Assembly: GCA_051313645.2 (NCBI GenBank)
Contig: JBNRSN020000003.1
Location: 178,684,001 to 178,748,000, forward strand
Length of the DNA: 64,000 bases
Direction: 5' to 3'
Source of the DNA: Centroscyllium fabricii
Lineage: Eukaryota
Under the pieces are notes generated by a model. It was not told the DNA's origin. It did no database searches and was given only the letters and a program-made list of their open reading frames with translations. A program made the position numbers and the translations under genes. Shown piece by piece: positions 13,279-25,450 of this stretch; within the stretch, counting starts at the first letter, position 1; every line of letters begins with the position of its first letter.

Positions 13279-13534
13279 CAAAGATGTGCGGGTTAGGTTG
13301 ATTGGCCAGGATAAATTGACCCTTAGTGTTAGGGGGATTGAATATGTGGGGTTACGGGGATAGGGTGGGATATGTGTTGGTGCAGGCTCGATAGGGATCG
13401 AGGGATATGGGGACAAGGCAGGGACGGGTTACTGGGTTTGGATGATCAGCCATGATCTCATTGAATGGCGGAGCAGGCTCGAGGGGCCGAATGGCCTACT
13501 CCTGCTCCTAGCTTCTGTGTTTCTATGTTTCTAT
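13279..13534 (+). mobile_element. 5'-truncated HE1/V-SINE-like element
   Basis: Starts caaagatgtgcgggttaggttgattgg; ends in CR1-type tail ...cctactcctgctccta...tctatgtttctat. Confidence 0.85.
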
Positions 13535-15723
13535 ACACAAAATAGATCATACAAAACTAAATGCATGTACCTTTATAGTGAAAGCAACAAGATGTAGCAA
13601 CATAATTTGTTACAATAATAGGTCACTAAAGGTCACAAATAACAGCACGTACTGAACAATAAAATTGTTCCGTAGCACCTAAAATTAACACAAATATAAT
13701 TTTGCTTTGCCATCTGCACTGGACCGTTCAGGTTTCTCTAAAGGCTCCCAATTCAGCAATAATAAAGGCTAAATTTGAAAAAAAGATTCTTCCTTCAGAA
13801 ATTCTTGAGAGGCAATTGCAGTTTTAATAAAGTATTATATAGTGTGCGTCTTTGTCCATGTGTTCTAGTCTCTGCAGATTAATGAAGTGCTAAGCGTTTA
13901 TTTGACGCCATCAGCAAGTGGTGTGTCGGTACAGTCAGCTCCTGCACAAGCTGTTCAGAGGCAAGCGGATCTTACAGACTTATACTGTACTAATTAAAAT
14001 CACTTCAGCTGAACCTGAAAAACTTAATTTGTGTTTTTCTATTTATTAGTGAGCAATTCAGGCTGCAGGATGCAGTAAAAAAACAATTAGTTACAAACCG
14101 ATCAGTTGCCAGCCCGCATTCATCCAGCAAAGAAATGGAGGGGGAAAATGCCGTACACTGACCCAGGGCAACCATAGCAGCAAATCTTGATGTGCCCCTG
14201 AGATTGGCATCCTGCCAAATTACTCTGTATTTCAGTTCGAAACAAACTAAAATTATGGATGATCAGGCTTTACAAGCTTGCAGTAAAAAAAGTACATGTT
14301 CCTATTGATAATGTGAAAATACACCACTTTCTGCCAGTGTTTGTTTGAATGTGCGCTGTATGAATTGCATTGTCTTTGTATTGAAGTGGTTCAACTAGCA
14401 CCTGCCTCTGTATCTGCATATTGGACATTTCTACAAAGTCGGCACTAATTACTCAACTGATTTTCACCAGCCTTCTACTTACACGAGACAGGACTATTGC
14501 TACCTTTATGTGGCAAAGTAGCTTTGAATACTGAAATGCTATTTCATAAAAGAAAAAAGACTTTTCCATCACTGAATACAAGATTTACAGCATGTTGAGC
14601 ATGTCGTAGTAATCACTGCACTGTCCTTTACATCATTCCACTCATGATTCCCCGTTTCCTCCCCTTTCTCTGATTGTGCTCATATGCCCGTCCACCTCTC
14701 GTTTTCAGTTCGAAAGAAGCTTGTCTGTTCTCCCACAGCTGCTGACTGATGTGCTGTATGTTTCCAACATTTTCCATTTATGTTTCAATTTCCAGCATCT
14801 GCAGTACTTTCCTTTTTACACTGTATCTACCACTCTTTTACATTTATTATAGCATGTTCCCGAGGGAGCAATACTCAAACCTCTATATGCCGCTCTCCCA
14901 TTACTTCTCTTCATGGGTAGTGAAGCCCAGAAGCCCAAGATTCCCATTTTTAAATGGGAGCGAATCTCATTACCCACCTTTAGCTTCAACTGGTGATCTG
15001 AAAGCAGCTCCAGTCAGACAATGCTTTTAACCAGCTTTCTTGCTGATTTAACAGGAAAGCAATGATTATGATAGCTTACAATTTTCAGCATAGCGATAAC
15101 AAAACAACTACATATATCTACACAGCATAATGTTGTAATGTCCTCAGTTGCATGCTCAGTTATTCAATGTTACTATCCTCTATCAATGGAAAAGCAGTAT
15201 TTGAATATGCAAGTAAATACCGTACTGCAATTTGACAAATCATTGTTCATGATGCTGTCATGACAACACCGGCAATAGCAACACTGGAAGCAAGCAGCAA
15301 CTGTAATGGACTCATATATCTTCAATGGAACAGAACAGTATTGTTACACAAGGTGCTAAGGAGTAAAGTAGTCACTTTATTATTCAACTTGTTGCTGTAC
15401 ATGGTCCACCAGGCTCATACTTGAAGTCATATCCTGCTGCAGTCAATCTCTATGTGCCAAACCCCTAATGTATGCTCATGCATACCCTTCATTTTACTGC
15501 TGTTGATACAAGGCCACATCAAAGCAGAGCCTGCTCAAAATCAGAACTAGTTAAAGATCAACCAATGTGTTATGATTAATGCACATTTCATCCATGAGAA
15601 GACTTTACAGAGCCTACAATTTTTTTTAATGCGCTGCTCCTTGTCCAAGTGGCCATGAGTCCTATCTAAGCCCTAACAGAGAATGTTGGCAAGCTAGTCA
15701 ACTTTGAAGCACTTTGAAAGCTA

Positions 15724-15909
15724 GGGGTAATTTTTTGTCTTCATGGGCTAGGCAGTGATCTGGCAGAGCAGATTGCTCACTCGTTGTGGAATCCATCTGA
15801 TTTTCATTCCATTGAAATAAGTGTAATGAAAACCGGGCAGGTTCTACAACGGGCGGACAATCCATTCAGCAAGATTATCGCCCAGGCAGTGAAGATGAAA
15901 ATTTACCCC
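15724..15909. mobile_element. Short hairpin-like MITE (Harbinger-like ends)
   Basis: Inverted ends ggggtaattttttgtcttca / tgaagatgaaaatttacccc; flanks cta/ctg. Confidence 0.6.
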
Positions 15910-18274
15910 CTGATCTTGTGCCTACCCAATGTATGCATGCTTACTGTCTGCATTTGTTGTTTCGTAATCATCAGGAGCAAGAAATATAGCTGACTTTCAA
16001 AAGCAGGGGCAATACGTTGCCTTGTAGTACCTGTATTGCCACCCTGGCTGTTCAAAGCTGGGACCTTTCCATTCTGCATGGCTCAGCTATGGACTGGATA
16101 AACCTGCCCAGACTTCAGGAAAGCTCACGCTTCAGTTAATATAATCAGGGTCCTACTGCATTCCTATTATGTGTCGCTTTCCCAGCTTGAACAGTCCTGT
16201 TAAGGGACCCTTTTAACCACTAGACCACCCACTCCATGTTTGTTCTTGTTCAGCTTTCTTTGCGTATACACAGTGAAATGTATGTTTTACAGATCCTGCT
16301 GCCATTTACAACAGTCTGCAGCTAGGGAAAAAGTCATTTATACGATTGGCTTTTAAGTGACAAACTCATAAATTACAGCAGAAATGCTGTCAGCACCACT
16401 TTTAATACCTCCTAGAATACAAAGCCAGGTACTAGGGCCAGTCAGTTAGTAAAAAAAATGCAATTTCAATACTCGGTGCAATTGCAGGCATTCAAGAACA
16501 ACTGCTGGATTCAAAAATGTGAAAGGTAAAAGAAAAGCTGGTTACTCAAAAGTCAGTTATTTTCATGAAGAATATAAGGATTAAAAAAATCTTATTCGAA
16601 TATCCAATGTGCTCCATATTTGAAACAGAATTCTGCAGTGTAGTGGAACCAACTTTGGTTTTCTCAACTGACAGTGAGTGACCTGAACAGGTGAAATCAG
16701 AACATGGCTCCAGTTTTTGGGGAATCCGGCTGCAGTACTGCTGCACCACAGTTTGGGTTTTGGATTCAGCGCCCTGAAGTGCATTCTGTAATGCCGCGTT
16801 TTGGACAATGAATTGTGGGGCAATACCTGTATGAGGTCCAAATCAGGCACACCAAAAGCCATGTTAACCAGGATAAAACAGAAAATAATAAGAAAATTTC
16901 AAAAAAGAGGTACAGTGGCCTTAGATTGCTTCTAAGCAAACTCTTCCATAAAATGGTCTCCATTTATCTAAATTGACAATATGGCAGTCTGCCAGGAAGC
17001 CTGGTACACTCCACAGTCTGACACATGTTTTGAGCAAGCTGGCTATGCTAAGGAAGAAGAGTTAACCTTTCAACACCCAAGCAACCCTTAGCATGGCTTC
17101 CTAAGGACTGTTCAATGGGAGCTCTGCAGCTCTATATGGAAAGGGATTATTTACAACAACAAAAAATAATGCGGACGAGAAACAGGATATTCAGAAAAAT
17201 TCTTTGACTCTTAGGGTCATCTTCAAACAAAATGAATGCGCAAGCTCCCAGCGCATTTTATTTTTATTTATACATGTATAATAAAAGTAAAGTTGCTCAA
17301 ACGTCTTTTTTAAACAGAGAAGCTGATAAGCTACTGAACAACCCGTTCTTAAAAGAGTTCCTGTAAATGGTGTTTGGCTCTACAATTTTTCACATTACTG
17401 CTCCTGCCAACATCAGTCGACAAGTCATTGACTTAAACAGTGAAGAGCTGAAAGTCACTGAGCTATGAACAATTAAAAGGTTTATTTTCATAACTGATCT
17501 CAGGCCTACATTAGACAGCAGTATATTAGAATTTTCTTTTTAAATAAAGGATAATCATTCAATGCCAAGAACATGCAGTCTACGTCATTTTACAAGAATA
17601 GTGCACTCTTCAGAAAGAATGTGACTAAATCATCTTTTGAGCAAATTTACCTTTAAATACACATTTATTTAAAATGAGAAGTGCAGTGGGAACCTGCACA
17701 TTAATTTTGTTAAGTAAGTAAGCTTTTATTGTCACATGAACTGAACAAAGGAAAAATTCAGACAGTGAAATGCTTAGTGCTGTTTCACACACGCCATACA
17801 TCAAACCGCGCAACAAAAGAACACAGCACGCGCGGAACCCGCAAGACATCAAGCCATTCTCCGGCGCTATCAATTGTGGGTCCGCTGATGCTCCGGCTCT
17901 TCAGTTCGATGTTGTATTCTTTCCTTCATACCATCCACTGCAATGCACTGCTGAATTCAGGTTTTCGATGGTTACGGGACTACCTCACGGACCGGTGACC
18001 ACCAAGATCTTCCAACTCCACGGCCGGAATTTTGCCCTAATGGCGGGGAACTGGCGGGGATTGGTCGGGCGGGTTTTTGTCCCGCCCGAATAAGTGCCTG
18101 CGTTTCCCACGAGATTTTCATCTAACTATCCATTTAATTCCCCGCCTGTGGGAAGCCTTCCCAATCACCAATTTCCAGTCAGAAAGTCGCACAATATGAT
18201 GTCAGGATTCGGGTTTCCTTTAATAAACACAGCTCGCCTCCCACATTGCTCAGCTTTCTACAACCTTCAGCAGG

Positions 18275-19605
18275 ATGGCAGAGCGTGAGGGTGCTGCATC
18301 GCGCGAGGGGACGACCCGCCCCCGAATTTGATGACGCCTCCCTCGACGCATTAGTCGAGGGGGCAACGACCCATAGGGAGGTTCTCTTCCCCTCCTCAGG
18401 GAGGAAGAGACCTCCCTCCCAGACCAAGGCTGCTTGGCTGCTATCTGTATGTAACCTTGCTGACATATCTCTAACCTCTGCCTTTACTGCCCCACAGGCC
18501 CATCTACAGCTGGACGGCCAAGCAGAGATGAGCACCAGGCCGCCCCTGTTCAGTCCTCAGAGGAACCTGCCACCCCTGAGGGAGCACCGTCAGCACCACA
18601 GACTCCACCCGGCACCAGCGCAGATCCTAGCACCTCGGTGGGACCCCTAGAGCTACATATGACTTGTCACCGGGTGATTCAGACAGCATAAGTGAGCCTC
18701 AGCAGATTGTGGAGACAGGGACAGCAGTGCAGAGTCCTAGTCGGAGGGCACAGGACTCTGCCAGCTTAGCTGAGCTGCATGTCGACCCAGCGCCTTTGGA
18801 TCCATCAGGCAGAGGACACATGATGGGACTCCAGACACAGCTGCAGGCGTCTCTGACAGGTTTTGTCTCCCAGGTAGCTGCGAGTGTCATGCGAATGGAG
18901 GAGTCTGTCGCAAGCATGAGAAGCGACCTTTCGGAGTCAGTGGCGCATGATCGCATCACCATGGAAAGGATGGCAACCACCATGGAAAGGATGGCGACCA
19001 CCATGGAAAGGATGGCGACCACCATGGAAAGGATAGCGACCGTGGACGACAGGATGGCCACAGCCATCGAGCACATAAGTCGCCAGTCTTTCGAAGACAT
19101 GGGGAGTGTTCAGAATAGAATCACATCTCTTGAGCAGCGAGTGGCATCTGTTGAGCACAGGAACCAGACCTTCGTGGAAGTCCCTCTCAGTAGGACTTCC
19201 ACTGCAGATACGGGTCCCCATGGCCCCCCTGAAGTGCAGCAAGGTGCTGTCCAGCCACTTGCTGGGGCTGAGGGGGAGGTGACCCATGAGAGGGAGGTTG
19301 GTGATGCAGCTGAAGGAAGTGGGGGCTCCTCTCCAAGAGCTCACACGTCCACACCACTGCAGAGCCCTCGGTCAGAGGCCCGCCGGAGTCCCCATGCACC
19401 TGAGATGGAAGTCTCATACCCTGCCCAGCCGCAGGAGCAGCAGACTAGTAGCGAGCCCCCACAGGCTCGCCGCCCCAGAGGACGACCGCCAAAGGTGTCC
19501 ACACAGGAGCAGCAGGGCACTCAGCAGGGGGCCTCCACATCTGCTGACACCACAGGAATAGCACCACGTAGGAGCACTCGCAAAAGAAAACTTAAGCACC
19601 CTTAG
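18275..19605 (+). pseudogene. Harbinger Myb/SANT-like DNA-binding protein gene (spliced, partly deleted)
   Basis: RPAPEFDDASLDALVEGA...REVLFPSSGRKRPPSQTKAAW is the N-terminal half of a Myb/SANT-like domain; acceptor cccacag ending 18497; 313-aa ORF with heptad repeat, AT-hook RPRGRPPK and basic C-terminus RKRKLK. Confidence 0.8.
18958..19065 (+). repeat. 21-bp coding tandem repeat (MERMATT heptads)
   Basis: accatggaaaggatggcgacc x about 4-5. Confidence 0.9.
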
Positions 19606-21022
19606 GCACAACCGGAGTCACTTGGGTGTTAGTGTAACAGACATTTAGGTCTCCAAAGCAGTGGTCAGACAGCAGACCACTGCAGGTGCCACCTGATGCA
19701 GTTGTCATGTCTGACATCTTGCGAATGGCCCTTCCACATTGAAACCTTATGCAGGCTGGACAGCAATCGGGCAGGCCTCACAGATATGCAAGGATGCAGA
19801 CGCAACATGGCAGAAGGACTTACAGCAAGAGGCATGAGGTTCAATAACAGACTGCAGCTCAATGGTTAACAGTGAAGGTCCTTAAAATCGGCCTACCTTC
19901 ATGGTGACGCACACCAGCGAACAGAGGGACTGTATGACCGATGTGTGGTCCAAAGGATTACCAGGTTAACTGAACAAACCACCTGATGTTTTCGCTACAC
20001 CAGCAAACACGCCTCAGGGCTAAACTTTAACATGAACAAAACTTTAAAAGGATGGAGGTGGGCAAAGAAAAAATGGGCCAACTGGCCAAAGTACCCACGC
20101 ATCCAACATCATCTGGCTGCAACTGGCCCCTCACAGAACCTGACCCTGATGGAATGGCCAAGGAGCCATGGTGCCTGCATGCCTCAGCTCTCACACATCA
20201 AACAAGATCAGGTGGGTGAAGACCCACCAGACATTGACCCTCACCGCCCTCCACAGTCTTGCCTCATGTCCGGGTGCGCTGCCCTGAAGCACCTCCACGA
20301 CATTTGGAAACACATCATCCCCACCCGCATAAAGAAACCCTACAGCGCCTGCATAATTTTTCTACACATGGATGATGTTCTTCTCCGTTTTTCAAATGAA
20401 GGCCTCGACAACCTCCGGGGGGATGGCCATTTCGATTGGCTGATCAGGGACCGAGGTTTCACAGTGACCCCCACAGCAGAGTCCATGGTTTGTCAGAATG
20501 TGTCACTCTTGAAAAGGGAGGGGCAGCACGTGAGAGGGTGTGAACATGATTGACAATGGATATGAACTTGCAAGCTCAAAACTGGACTGGCTGAGGTTCA
20601 GCATTGCTGATAATGACATTTTGACCGTTTCAACCTGCATGTCTGTAGCTGAGATGCCTGGGACATCATTAATGCAGTGGTTCATAAGTGCTGGTCATCA
20701 GTTGAACAACCATGCATGTGGCCATGTTTGCTTAATGTCGTTACAAAACAGCATGTTGCAGTTGCAACCTTTACTGTTTCTGTGTTCATTATTGCATGTG
20801 ATGGATGGATGGATTGTTTGGATGGGACCATGATCATCAAAGAAATATGTGGTGCGTCAGGCACTTGGCAGGCCCAGAAGCACACTCCCCCAACCCCCCC
20901 CACACACAGATGTCCTTACAGTAGTGGGACTCATGCAGGTATGAGCTGTGGAACTGCTTGGAGTGTGTCAGTGAGGATGCGCTGTTAGGATGAGCAGAGT
21001 AGCAGAAGCTGGCTTGAGTAGG

Positions 21023-22287
21023 CTAAGAAAATCTTGCAAGGATGAGCTCCATCCTTGCTTGCTTGCCAGCAATGGTCTCGCGTAATGGTGGCGCTGGCTG
21101 GGGTCGAGTGGCAGCAACCCCGTCCTCATCCTCCTCTTCCTCCTCCTCCTCCTCTTCCTTCTCCTCCTCCTCTTCCTCCTCCTCCTCATCTGAGGACGGT
21201 ATGCGAGGAGGCAGGTCTTGGTCAGGAGGTTGCAAGCCACGGCGCTGTGCCATGTTGTGAAGTTGACAGCAAACCACTACCATTCTGGAGACCCTGGCTG
21301 GGGTGTATTGCAGGGCTCCACATGATCTGTCCAAGCATCTGAAATGCATCTTGAGCAAGCCGATGGTGTGCTCTATAATGCTTCTGGTGGAGATGTGTCT
21401 GGAGTTGTAGTTCTCCTCAGCCTCATTCGCTGGCCGCCTGACCGGTGTCATGAGCCAAGTCCTGAGGGGATAGCCCTTGTCTCCAAGTAGCCACCCCGGA
21501 CGCTGGTCCGGCGGTGTGAATAGCATAGGCAAGGTTGATTGGCGCAGGACAAAGGAGTCAGGGCAGCTGCCAGGGTACCTGGCACACACATGCAAAATCT
21601 CCTTGTTGTGGTCACACACCAGTTGAACATTGAGTGAATGGAAGCCCTTGCGGTTGAGAAAAGCTACTGGGTTGTCGTTGGGTGCCCTAAGGGCCACATA
21701 TGTACAGTCAATGATGCCCTGTACCCTTGGGAAGCCTGCCAGACGAGCCATTCCAATCGCTCGGGCCCTCACACTTGCGCGATCCGTGGTAAAATGGATG
21801 AAATTGTGGGCACGGGCAAAAAGGGCATCGGTTACCTGGGTGATGCAGGAGTGTGTGGCTCACTGGCAGATTCCGCTGATGTCGGCTGCTGATCCCTGGA
21901 ATGAGCCAGAGGCAAAGAAGCTGAGTGCAGTGGTGACTTTGAGGGCCACTGGTAAGGCATGTCTACATGGTGTCCTGGGCTCCAGCTCTTGCTGCAGCAT
22001 GGCGCAGATGTCTGTGACTGCCTCTCGGGAAAGTCGGGAGTCGCCTTTGGCACCGCCGCTCACTCATGTTGAGGTAGGTGGCTCTGACTCTGTAGACCCT
22101 GTTTGGGGGGTATCTTCTGCGGCACCGGCCTTGGATGCGGCGATGCCTTCTGGCCCATGCTGCCCCCGGAGGGTCCACAGGAGCGTCAGGCTCCTGGTGT
22201 GGCTGCTGCTGTTGCTGCTGTAGCCGCATCTGCTCCTGGTAGAGATCATGCAATCCCAAGAAGGGAAGGAAGAAAATAGCTCCGCTC
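21023..22287 (-). pseudogene. Harbinger (HARBI1-like, DDE_Tnp_4) transposase, disrupted
   Basis: [47 protein letters not shown] motifs; in-frame TGA at 21860-21862, frameshift near 22045; poly-Glu near the C-terminus; start approximate. Confidence 0.92.
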
Positions 22288-22878
22288 GGCTGAGGAAGCA
22301 CTGAGTGAGGGGGGAAAGTGAGAGGGCTTTCCCAGGTCACACTGCAGAAGTGTTTGAGGATGCAACCTTCCACAGGTGTGCTGAAGCCTGTTGCAAATAT
22401 CCCCAGGACTGAGAGAACAATGTGTTTGCGGAAGCGAATGATGGCTGATTAAATGTGAGCCTTCATTGAGTGACCGGACACAGATACTCAGCAGTCTCAC
22501 TGAGTTCACACAAGGGTTTCACCTGACGGGGTTTATCTTGGCGGGTTTTGTGCGTGAAACACCTGAAAATTGCTAAGGGCCCTTAAAATGGGATTACAGA
22601 TGCCAATTAAGGGCCCTTAACGACCTTAACAAGCATCCCCGCCGGGCGCCGGCGGGAAAGATTCGGGGCAGGAAAAAAGGCCGCCCAAAAATTCAAATCC
22701 GGCCCAAAACCCCGCCTCACGGGGACATGAAAATTCCCCCCCACATTTCCGGAAGGGTGCATGGTGACTGGGGGGACCGACCTCCACGCCACATCGGATC
22801 ACCAAAAAAACACCGAACTCCGCCGAAATCTTGCACCTCGGGACGGGAGAACGAAGGCCATAACCTTTTGATTACAAA

Positions 22879-23603
22879 GGGCTAAAAATTGCGTAGCACC
22901 CCCTTTTGGGGTGATAACTTTTCAGGGAGCGCATAAGTATCGCCAGGCGGAGAAGATTTGCTGCTGCCGGGAACTTACGCTTTTGTGCTCCAAGAGGGAA
23001 GTAGAGCACTAAATCAAGTGCTACTACTTCCTTTAGAGCGGTAAAGGGAGTGAGAGGGGCGGTATCGGCAGAGCGCTGAGCAATGTTCAGGGCAGCGCTG
23101 TCGGATTTGCAGACTCCTTCCCTCCCTAAAAGGGAAGGGCCAATGCTGCATTGAATGAATCTTCGGGCTGTGTCTGTTGGGTGACGGCACCTGCACAACA
23201 CGCATAGCAGCCCCAAGCACTCGGTGCAGGGCTGAGCGATCACGGAGGCAAAAGAAAGCAGGAGGCACCAGAATGGGGCCATAAATAAATTTTGCCCAAC
23301 CTGTCCACCACTGCCTTTACATATCGCTCCCCAAGAGGCCAGCCGAGGTGACAACGTCTCCTACAGCTGTCGTTGTTGACGCCCGGCGATGCTGCAGGGG
23401 GCGGGAGCGAATATCACTTCTGGGGGGCTGCGCACTGGATGAAATCACAATCTTCAGGGAGCAAGGGAGCGAAGCAGTAATTCTTAGTGCCAGCGCAAAT
23501 CCTCCAGTGAATTCACCGACGTCCGGTCGATAACTCCTTAGAGCCCTATTACCACTCCCCACAGGCGCTAACGGGAGGCGCAAACCGGGGGAATTTCTCC
23601 CCC
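22879..23603. mobile_element. Non-autonomous Harbinger-like MITE
   Basis: Ends gggctaaaaatt / aatttctccccc, 3-bp AAA duplication, GC-rich interior. Confidence 0.7.
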
Positions 23604-23612
23604 AAATACTTT

Positions 23613-25151
23613 GGGGTAAATTTTCCCTTAGGTGCGGGGAATTGTCGGGTTTCGGGCGGGTCAGGTTTCTGACATGAATCTTAAAGGGCCTGGGAGCCCC
23701 ACGCAATTTTGGCTCAATTGGCCAATTGATTTCCAGCGTGTGGGAACCTTTGGCAATTGACTATTTCCAGTCAGAAAGTCACACAATATGTCATCATCGT
23801 TGCTGGTGCATTTCAGGTCCACAGCAAGCCTTGCTTCTGCTATGGACTGCTAACCTTGTGTCCTTTCATGCCAGAGAGACCTAGGTTTGCTTTAAGGTTT
23901 GATGATCTGGCCCTGCAAGCTTCATTTGAGGGAGCAAGAGCTCATAAAGAGGAGCTCTTCCCTTCTTCAGGGAGGAAGAAGCCTCCCCAGCAGGCTGTGT
24001 GTATCCAGGTGGCAGAGGAGGGCAACTCATTATCAGTACCCTGCAGAACCCACATTCAGTGCAGGAAGAGATTTCATGACCTTCTGCACACTGGAAAAGT
24101 GAGGATGGAATTCCCATCACCCTCAATCTGATCCCCAATGCCTTTCCTCACCAGCACTCAGCTTCAGCAATCTCTTCCTCCACATCCCACTTGACACTCA
24201 CATCCATGCACCCTTACCCATTCCTTCTCTCTATGCTCACATTCACATAACTATTCCACCATGCAGCCCTCACACTCCCTATCACTCTGATGCTTTGAAC
24301 ACAACTGACAACACATATGGAGTGTCCTTGGTCTTGCCACCTCACTCCATCTTTGTCTCCTTCTATGTATCCAGACAGGGACAGCAGTGGAGAGTCCTAG
24401 TCGGAGGGCGCACGACTCTGCCAGCTCGACTCAGCTGCATGTCGACCCTCTGCCTCTGGGTCCATCCATAAAATTCAGTGGTGCTGGAACTCCAGGGATA
24501 GATGCAGGATTGGGTAAGTAAGCAGCAGCCTGGCGCGCCTGCTGCTGTTGTTCCTGGTACTGCTGGTACCGCGGATGGTGTGGGAGCTCATCTAATGCCC
24601 AGAAAGGCATAACCTAAATGGCTTCCACGCTTCTGGCATATGCCTCCGCTGAGGAAGCGCTGAGTGAAGGTGCCGAGAGGGGTTTCCCAGGAGTTCACTC
24701 TGGAGTTATGTGTGAGCCTCCAACCTACCACAAGTGTAATTAGGACTTCTAAATGTTGCCCCACGCCAGAAAAAATAAGGTCCTGCCACCTGCATATGAT
24801 GGCAGGTTCAATGCCAGACCTTCTGATGGAGCTGCTGCTGAGAGTCAGCAAGCCGATTGTGTCCCCGCTAGGTTTCAGCGGCGGGGTTTCCACCTGGCGG
24901 GTTTTGTGTGGGAAACGGCTAAAAATCGCTCAGGCCCCTTAAAATGGCATTATACATGCCAATTACGGATGCTGAAGGAGCCTAACGACCATTTCCGCCG
25001 GTGGCGGGCGGGAAAGATTCGGGACAGACAGACATGACGGCGGGAAATCGGAATGCAGCGGGGATACGGCGGGAGGGGTTGGGACCCCCTGGTATTGCAA
25101 TTTTGCGCCCCGCCGGAAAACCCGCCTGACGGCCCGAGGAAAATTTAACCT
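23613..25151. mobile_element. Internally deleted Harbinger derivative
   Basis: Ends ggggtaaattttcc / ggaaaatttaacct, TTT flanks; keeps Myb exon 1, a block homologous to 18714-18806 (at 24375-24467) and a probable transposase 5' remnant on the minus strand (about 24500-24620). Confidence 0.8.
23868..24098 (+). pseudogene. Myb/SANT-like exon of the deleted Harbinger
   Basis: RFDDLALQASFEGARAHKEELFPSSGRKKP...QVAEE...RTHIQCRKRFHDL followed by donor gtgagg. Confidence 0.75.
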
Positions 25152-25339
25152 TTTGTCTGAATATCCTGTTTCTAGTCTGCATTGATGTTTTTGTAAATAA
25201 CTCTTGGTCAATAAAGTCACTCCAAATTCAGTTCAACAGTACACAGCCAATATTTTAGTACAGCCCTTAAATATCTATAAATTATTAAAATGCAGTCATA
25301 TGATGCAAATTTCCTGTCCATAAATGTTACTTCTTTTTG

Positions 25340-25450
25340 GATGAGATGTTAAAATGAGGCCCCGTCTGCTCTCTCAGGTGGACGTAAAAGACCCCACGGC
25401 ACTACTTTGAAAACGAGCAGGGGAGTTATCCCCAGTGCCCTGGCCAATAT
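25340..25450 (+). mobile_element. Deu-SINE core fragment interrupted by a Harbinger-like end
   Basis: gaggccccgtctgctctctcaggtggacgtaaaagaccc, then gggctggatttt at 25453. Confidence 0.65.

Larger units (their letters stand above)
18022..22741. mobile_element. Near full-length PIF/Harbinger DNA transposon
   Basis: Imperfect TIRs ggccggaatttt / aaaattcccccc, 3-bp duplication CAC (18019-18021, 22742-22744), convergent Myb/SANT gene and DDE transposase gene. Confidence 0.9.

Noticed and set aside
20032-20553. 173-aa plus-strand ORF as a gene
   Set aside because: It is exactly in register with the minus-strand frame and has the D/H/Q/P-rich look of an antisense shadow; not fully excluded.
21023-21772. 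Host HARBI1 gene
   Set aside because: It sits between TIRs with a Myb partner and has a stop and a frameshift, so it is a transposon copy.
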